Shown: in pieces, positions 28,008 through 33,965 of the stretch
How positions within the stretch are numbered: the stretch's first letter is position 1
Layout: the number at the start of each line of letters is the position of its first letter
Assembly (NCBI GenBank): GCA_023231475.1
Contig: JALJEE010001270.1
Coordinates: forward strand, 1 to 33,965
DNA: 33,965 nucleotides
From: Seison nebaliae
Taxonomy: Eukaryota
Direction: 5' to 3'
Program-made: the position numbers and the translations under genes
Notes under the pieces: model-generated
Databases searched by the model: none
Told to the model about the DNA's origin: nothing
What the model saw: the letters and a program-made list of their open reading frames with translations, nothing else

Positions 28008-31000
28008 TCAGTCGAAAGTGAAATCGCTTCTTTTCCCTTCGTTCAGCAGAATCATTTCCGAATGTTTGATCATTGGAATACGCTTGTCAACTTTAATTAA
28101 GTAAGATGATAAATCATTTTTCAACGAAATTTCAACATTCTCATTTTCCATCAGTTTCTTCTCTAAAATCTTTAAATCTTTCTCCAATTCCTCATAGAAG
28201 TTAAACAAATCTTTAGCAATCGACATGTAGAGTCGATTGTCAGTTTCGATGACTAATTTCGAATTAATCAATTCCAAAGTCAGCTTTGATAAGGATAAGG
28301 TGGTAGCTGCCATCGGATAAATGACAGGATTCGTATGACTAATCTTTATAAACTTCTCATTAGACTGAACTGCAAAATTATATATGTTCTTTTTACTTTG
28401 TCCTGTGACGTTCATCGTCGCATATTGAACAAATGGATTGGATATATATTTATCTAACAAATGAGCCAAACGTCTGGTTGCTATGAAGACGAAGGAATTT
28501 CGATCGATTTCTAAGAAATAATCGATAACTGATTTCAACAAGATTTCCGCACTCGTCATCGTTGTGTGAGTGAATGGTTCGTCAATGAAAATTATTCGAT
28601 TTTTCTTATCAATCCGATTTAGGAATATCGTCGAATATTGACCAACTTCATCATTGAATGATGATAATGTGATGTCCGCTTGTTTCTTCCCATTGATTAA
28701 ACGGATTTCATCAAAAATACTTATGGAACTTTCTTTCAGACATGATACCAATGTTCCCAATTGATGGAGGAAAATAGTAAATAAGATTCTTCGAATAACT
28801 TCCGTTTTTCCACTTCTACTCGGACCGGTTAGAAAGGAAATCTTCTCATCTTGATCAATTGTTATCGGAATATTGTCGGGAGAAATAGTCGATTTTGATC
28901 CAGATGTCGAAGCGATCAATTCATCTGTATAACTGATAGATAACAATGAGGACGGAATGAAACATTCCTTCAATTCAAATATTCCCTTCACTTTCACATT
29001 TGTGGAGATGGGACGGCTGGGATTCAGACGAATCGGATGTAATTTCGTTAAAGTGAAATTCTCATCAATCGAATATATGGACAAATGTTGAATGATCTGT
29101 ATTTCACGAATTTGTTCATTAATCAACTGCAAAACGAGATATCGATCATTGAAAAATTTGGTCAACTCTTCGAACACTTCGTATTGTAAGAAAGAAATGC
29201 TGGAAATGGTTTCGTGAGCGAAATTTGTGAAGAAATCCGTTTTTTTGTTCATTAAATAAATTTCATTTTCATTCACTTGAATGGAAATGATGGACTGTAA
29301 AAATTTCTGCTTATTTAATTCAATTTCAGTATCAACTTTCGAATTTCGTCGTCCACTCAAACATCGACTGGTTGTTGGCTGAGTTTGAATAACTCGTTCA
29401 GTTGGTGCTGCTGTCACTTTCGACATTTGTTGAGATGATCTGGATGATGATCTGGTTGTTCTACATTCATCCATTGACGCCAAAAGAGGAGAAGTGGATG
29501 AACAATTAAATTTGTTTTGTAAATTCTTTAAAATGTCATAAGAATAAATTCGAATGAATTCGTTCGTGTCAATGGAGAGATAAGTTAAATGTAATTTCGT
29601 ATAGATCATACGGAGAGAAGTTAATTTCGATCTATCAATCTCTTCCTGTTCGATCATTTGTTTGATTTCGTCGAAACTGGAAGACACTTTTTCCAATTCC
29701 ACTAATTGTCGATTACCTTCCGGTTGAAATTGGAAGATCTTCTCGTTTTTCAGTAAACGAATTTTAATAATTTCGTTCAAATCCTTCAACATCTTTTGGA
29801 GGTAGTTACGAGATTCGTAGAGGAAAGTATTGATGAATGATTGAATAGAATATCTCTCAAATATCTTCAAGAGATGGTCGATTAATAAGGAGATCGAATA
29901 GATATTGGGAATGATTTTTGAAAGACGTTCTCGTTGATTCTGATGGAATTGATGAATATTCATCTCCATTCTTTCATTCCCTTTCTTCAATAATCGAATG
30001 TTTTGTGTGAACTGATTGATGGTTCGAAATAATTTCGATAACATTCTCAAACTATCTCTCGACTGTTCACCAAATATTCGTGTGAATTGTCTCTTTTCCT
30101 TCAAAATTTTCTCGTCTACGATTATATGATGGAAACATTCCCACAACTTCCAATGATAAGCAACGGGTAATGTCTTTCTCAATTGACCGAAAAGTGATCG
30201 ATTCGATTCTAATCGATTGACAACTTTCTTATAATCATTAAATCGATATTGAGAGGAGATGACACGAATGAATGAAAGAAGAGGAAAGTCGAGTTGAAAT
30301 GTGAAATGATTGTGGAAGGAGTGGAAACAAATCAATTTATATTTTATTTCTCTATCCCATTCGCTGAACATTTTGAGGAATTTTATTAAAATTCGATTTT
30401 TTGTCAATTTGTAACATTGTTGAAATGAGACGATAGATCTCAAATTTTCCCGAACATTCTCACAATAAACGTTTAATGATTTACTTTCAACAAAATGTTC
30501 TCGTGATAAGTTGGATGTATTACGCGTTGTGCCACTCACACTACGATTAGAGTTAGATATGGAGAAAGAATTGTCGAAATCATGTTTAGAGGAAAGATCA
30601 TAATCGATATTTGTTTGTCGATTGATCGATAATTGATGGTTAAATTTCCGCATATTCTCTCCATTCAACAGATGTAGATAATCGAGAAATTCGTCATTAT
30701 CAATCACAACTTCACGGACGTTTGCTGAGCGGAAGAGATAGAGCATATACTGATGAATCGACAATTCGCACAACGATAATTTTGCCATATTTCTGCTTGT
30801 TGAATTAGTCCAATCGGAATTCATCAGGAATTCGAACGATCCACTTTCTAATCGAAATATTCCTAAATTCACATTCTTGTTGACATCGGTACAACTCAAA
30901 AAAATGATGATCTCATCGCTTGGTATTTGTGAAGAATTTCTGGTGGAATTGAGTGATTTGGTGTCGATGATCGATCGATTAACAGGAGAAAGAACGTTCT

Positions 31001-31547
31001 GAGAAAAGATATAATTCTTCTCGCAAACTGGAGTATTCATTGGGATGATATCTAACGACTTCTCCTCCACAGGCAACGGGAAACAACGCAATAGACGACT
31101 TTCGGCCGATTTCCATAATTCGATGTTCTTCTCGGTCATCATTTCCATTTCATTTATTCGAGTCATTTCTTCATTTTGTCTCATTCTTTTCCTACTAAAA
31201 ATTGTTCCTTCTTCTTCACATAAATTTACATAATTTTTATAAATATCAATCGTCTTCATCTCAGTGACTGGCAAGAGAATCGTATCAACGATATTTCGTT
31301 TCTTACTTCTTTGCGATTGGAAGGTATCATTGAAATAAACAGATTTGTTCGATAACTGTGAATCAGGTACAATATGAAATGAATTATCTTCCTCTACTGA
31401 TATTTTACTATTTCTTTCACTATTATTTCCTTCATTATTATCGAGCGGTAAATCATTTAATTCACTCAAATTTAAAGGAGATCCTTCATCTGAGAATGAT
31501 GGTGACAAGCTATTATTCCAAGATGATTCAGTCAGATCTATCTCCAT
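28008..31547 (-). CDS. Divergent MutS homologue, probably meiotic MutS-gamma class (MSH5-like more than MSH4-like), single exon, 1179 aa
   Basis: C-terminal MutS ATPase: LTGPSRSGKT (Walker A, 28803-28826), L.QLG..V, LSSF..E..Q, IIFIDE (Walker B) and FIAT. SLFG.L marks the start of the core domain. No GxFYE mismatch-binding motif is visible. SLRMIYTKLHLTYLSI and LSSFNDEVGQ resemble MSH5 from memory, so the subfamily is not secure. Confidence 0.75.
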   Translation of the reverse strand: MEIDLTESSWNNSLSPSFSDEGSPLNLSELNDLPLDNNEGNNSERNSKISVEEDNSFHIVPDSQLSNKSVYFNDTFQSQRSKKRNIVDTILLPVTEMKTIDIYKNYVNLCEEEGTIFSRKRMRQNEEMTRINEMEMMTEKNIELWKSAESRLLRCFPLPVEEKSLDIIPMNTPVCEKNYIFSQNVLSPVNRSIIDTKSLNSTRNSSQIPSDEIIIFLSCTDVNKNVNLGIFRLESGSFEFLMNSDWTNSTSRNMAKLSLCELSIHQYMLYLFRSANVREVVIDNDEFLDYLHLLNGENMRKFNHQLSINRQTNIDYDLSSKHDFDNSFSISNSNRSVSGTTRNTSNLSREHFVESKSLNVYCENVRENLRSIVSFQQCYKLTKNRILIKFLKMFSEWDREIKYKLICFHSFHNHFTFQLDFPLLSFIRVISSQYRFNDYKKVVNRLESNRSLFGQLRKTLPVAYHWKLWECFHHIIVDEKILKEKRQFTRIFGEQSRDSLRMLSKLFRTINQFTQNIRLLKKGNERMEMNIHQFHQNQRERLSKIIPNIYSISLLIDHLLKIFERYSIQSFINTFLYESRNYLQKMLKDLNEIIKIRLLKNEKIFQFQPEGNRQLVELEKVSSSFDEIKQMIEQEEIDRSKLTSLRMIYTKLHLTYLSIDTNEFIRIYSYDILKNLQNKFNCSSTSPLLASMDECRTTRSSSRSSQQMSKVTAAPTERVIQTQPTTSRCLSGRRNSKVDTEIELNKQKFLQSIISIQVNENEIYLMNKKTDFFTNFAHETISSISFLQYEVFEELTKFFNDRYLVLQLINEQIREIQIIQHLSIYSIDENFTLTKLHPIRLNPSRPISTNVKVKGIFELKECFIPSSLLSISYTDELIASTSGSKSTISPDNIPITIDQDEKISFLTGPSRSGKTEVIRRILFTIFLHQLGTLVSCLKESSISIFDEIRLINGKKQADITLSSFNDEVGQYSTIFLNRIDKKNRIIFIDEPFTHTTMTSAEILLKSVIDYFLEIDRNSFVFIATRRLAHLLDKYISNPFVQYATMNVTGQSKKNIYNFAVQSNEKFIKISHTNPVIYPMAATTLSLSKLTLELINSKLVIETDNRLYMSIAKDLFNFYEELEKDLKILEKKLMENENVEISLKNDLSSYLIKVDKRIPMIKHSEMILLNEGKRSDFTFD

Positions 31548-31731
31548 TCTATTCTCAATTTAATATTCAACTTCCACTATTTTCTCTACAACTGTGAATG
31601 ATGTGACTTTTAACAATCCAATCACCCCAATGATTTCTCTCTGCAATTCTGGATAACAGTCAAGAAATGTCAAGAAAGAAAAGAGATAAGGAAACTATAA
31701 ATACTATTTTTAAGTTATGACATTAATATAA

Positions 31732-31852
31732 TGAAAATAATACAATGAAAATAAAATTATGAAAATAAAATTTGAAAATAAAATTATGAAAATAAAATCT
31801 GAAAATAAAATCTGAAAATAAAATTATGAAAATAAAATGTGAAAATAAAATT
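31732..31852. repeat. Minisatellite, 9 copies of a 13/14-bp unit tgaaaataaaat(ta/t/c/g)
   Basis: Read directly; unit lengths are 14,14,13,14,13,13,14,13,13. It lies between the Chk1 stop and the MutS start. Confidence 0.95.
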
Positions 31853-31971
31853 TAGATTTGTAGATAAATTTTGAGGAAGATTAATGATTCCAATTGACGG
31901 AAATAAATGATAAGTAAAATAATTAATAAACTAAAAGATTCACATTCTCCATTTTCACATTAGATGTCATA

Positions 31972-33591
31972 TTAGATAGGTGGTCGATTTTCTTGTCCAG
32001 TAGATTGATGATAATTATTAAATATATTTCCATTATCTGTCTGTTGTGTCGTCATGTTCAAATCGAGATTGTGAAAGTTTTGTCGAGAACGTCGTTTTCT
32101 TTGAGTGTCGCCAATGAGTCGTTCAGGAATCTTGACCGTCGTCCCCACCGCAATATGAGAACTAGCAGCTTGGATAGTTCGGAATTGTAGTTTAAATTCG
32201 AGACCATCACCACGACTTAAACGGAACATAATGTAAGCAGGAGAATTCTCTCTCTGTGGATAACCGACCGCTTTGTAGATTAACGTTTCCACTCGTCGAT
32301 CGCGTGATGTGATAGTGAGAACGTTGTGCGAAGTTAATTGGACACCGTAGCCGAGTCGTTTACAAATTTGTTTTAATTCTCGAATTGCATCCATTAATGG
32401 TACTCCGAGATAAATGCGAGTCATTCGTCGAATTGAATCAATCTCCACCGTTTGAATAATATTGGCTTGTGTATCGTTGGGACATTGTTCGGCCATATAT
32501 CGATTCATATCGGTTGGTTGTGTTGCATTCATTTGATCGACACAAATCTGTTTGGATGTCGGTTGCAATTGATAATTTCTTTTCAAAGGAGAATTCAGAT
32601 TTGTTCTCAATAATTTTATTTGAATGTCTTCATCTATCAAACTAATATCATTCTGCACTTGACCGTCTTCCATCGATGACAGATCAGCCCACGTTCTATC
32701 CGGTTGAGCATAGTCGATCTCACCGAATTGTGAAATGGTCACATGATGGAAGTTCGATTGTGGATTCACTGGAATAATCGATGATTTCATCCACATATGA
32801 TTTTGAATTTGTGTTAATTCCAATCGTGAACTTGGATTCAATTCCAACATCCTTTCGATCATATCGAATAATTCAGGAATTTTCGAAATCTTATTCCATG
32901 GCGGTTTCGTTCGTTCATGTCTCACCCAATAATTGAATGAAACATTTTTGATGGGATTCGGTTCGTCCCATGGCAATTCTCCCGTTACCATAGCAACTAG
33001 AATGACTGCACATGTCCAAAGTTCTGCTGGTTCCGCCCGATAAACTTCACTGCCCAACACTTCGGGTGCCACATATGGTAACGTTCCACATTCCTTCGAT
33101 AACAGACGTTCTTTACCGTTCTGACGGAAAAATGTTGACATGCCGAAATCTGCTAATTTTAACGTTCCGTTAGCTGAAATCAAAATATTTTCAGGTTTCA
33201 AATCTCTGTGAGTTATACCTTTCAGATGCATATATTCCACAGCATTGATCAATTGATGGAAATAGTTTTTAGCACTTTCTATCGGCATTCCTTGTTCTGG
33301 TTCGATCTGATCATATAATTCACCACCCGACGCGTACTCGATAAAAAGATAATGGAAAGAGGCCAATCTCTTCTCACCATAAAGTCTCACAATATTATCA
33401 TGTCTCAACGAACGTTGACAACAAATCTCTCGTTCGATAGTCGAACTATCTGCTGATCGATAAGCATTCAAGTTAACAATTTTCAGTGCCAACGCTTCAT
33501 TCCGTTGAGAGATTGCTAACTTAACTTCAGCGTACGCTCCTTCTCCCAAAGTTTGCATAAATTTCCATCCAGGAGGTAAAATCTTCTCCAT
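31972..33591 (-). CDS. CHEK1: Checkpoint kinase 1 (Chk1/grapes), single exon, 539 aa
   Basis: W...QTLGEGAY.EV, EYASGGEL.D.IEP..GMP, GITHRDLKPEN, DFG..T.FR.NG.ERLL...CGTLPYVAPE, GELPWD.P and PW.KI. The C-terminal KA1 domain has the Chk1 motifs RRMTR and FRLSRGDGLEFK..F. Confidence 0.95.
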   Translation of the reverse strand: MEKILPPGWKFMQTLGEGAYAEVKLAISQRNEALALKIVNLNAYRSADSSTIEREICCQRSLRHDNIVRLYGEKRLASFHYLFIEYASGGELYDQIEPEQGMPIESAKNYFHQLINAVEYMHLKGITHRDLKPENILISANGTLKLADFGMSTFFRQNGKERLLSKECGTLPYVAPEVLGSEVYRAEPAELWTCAVILVAMVTGELPWDEPNPIKNVSFNYWVRHERTKPPWNKISKIPELFDMIERMLELNPSSRLELTQIQNHMWMKSSIIPVNPQSNFHHVTISQFGEIDYAQPDRTWADLSSMEDGQVQNDISLIDEDIQIKLLRTNLNSPLKRNYQLQPTSKQICVDQMNATQPTDMNRYMAEQCPNDTQANIIQTVEIDSIRRMTRIYLGVPLMDAIRELKQICKRLGYGVQLTSHNVLTITSRDRRVETLIYKAVGYPQRENSPAYIMFRLSRGDGLEFKLQFRTIQAASSHIAVGTTVKIPERLIGDTQRKRRSRQNFHNLDLNMTTQQTDNGNIFNNYHQSTGQENRPPI

Positions 33592-33828
33592 TTGTTTCCA
33601 AATTTCCAGTATCTAATGTAAAATTTGAAGAATTATTTCAATGAGTGGGAGAAATAAAAATTTTCGAATTTTACAAATGAAAGTTAGTGGAAGAGAGCTT
33701 AATTTTAACTAATTTCGGATGTTGAAAACTATCAAACATCGAGAGTGCACCATTTTATGCAAATGGAATATCACACGCACACGATAATAGTAGATTAGAC
33801 TACGAAGTACATGTATCTCTTATATGGT

Positions 33829-33894
33829 AAACGGAACGTATTTCCGACCTTTCTCTTTTCTTCCAAAAATTGATAAAACGGAACGTATTTCCGA
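33829..33894. promoter_or_regulatory. Duplicated 19-bp motif upstream of Chk1, each copy a spaced palindrome CGGAA-N5-TTCCG
   Basis: aaacggaacgtatttccga occurs exactly at 33829-33847 and 33876-33894, about 240-300 bp upstream of the Chk1 ATG. The repeat is certain; the regulatory role is inferred. Confidence 0.45.
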
Positions 33895-33965
33895 TTTTTT
33901 TTTCTCTCTCCTTAAATAACATTTTCCTTATATAAACAAATAGGACTTATCTGAATCAAGTAAGT

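Overview
AT-rich (roughly 30% GC by eye), gene-compact genomic DNA from an invertebrate animal; the taxon cannot be fixed from the sequence. Six protein-coding genes are well supported: an intronless invertebrate-type dopamine receptor (Dop1R2/INDR-like, minus), a chimaerin (SH2-C1-RhoGAP, minus), a three-exon Wnt ligand (plus), a multi-exon PCTAIRE kinase (CDK16/17/18 family, minus), an intronless divergent MutS homologue (probably the meiotic MSH4/MSH5 class, minus) and an intronless Chk1 (minus). Intergenic DNA holds non-autonomous foldback/MITE-like elements, palindromes, microsatellites and a 13/14-bp minisatellite. The most striking observation is the Wnt: it keeps all 24 structural cysteines and the C-terminal Frizzled-binding finger, but the lipidation motif CKCHGxSGSC is replaced by CACIQWYYGKC. 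The acylated serine is gone and an aromatic patch sits in its place, making it a candidate lipid-free, Porcupine-independent Wnt. Also notable: all seven reconstructed short introns (41-65 nt) have GTY rather than GTR donors, and near-invariant motifs are altered in several otherwise intact signalling proteins. Gene models and family calls were made by eye from recalled family motifs; no searches were run.
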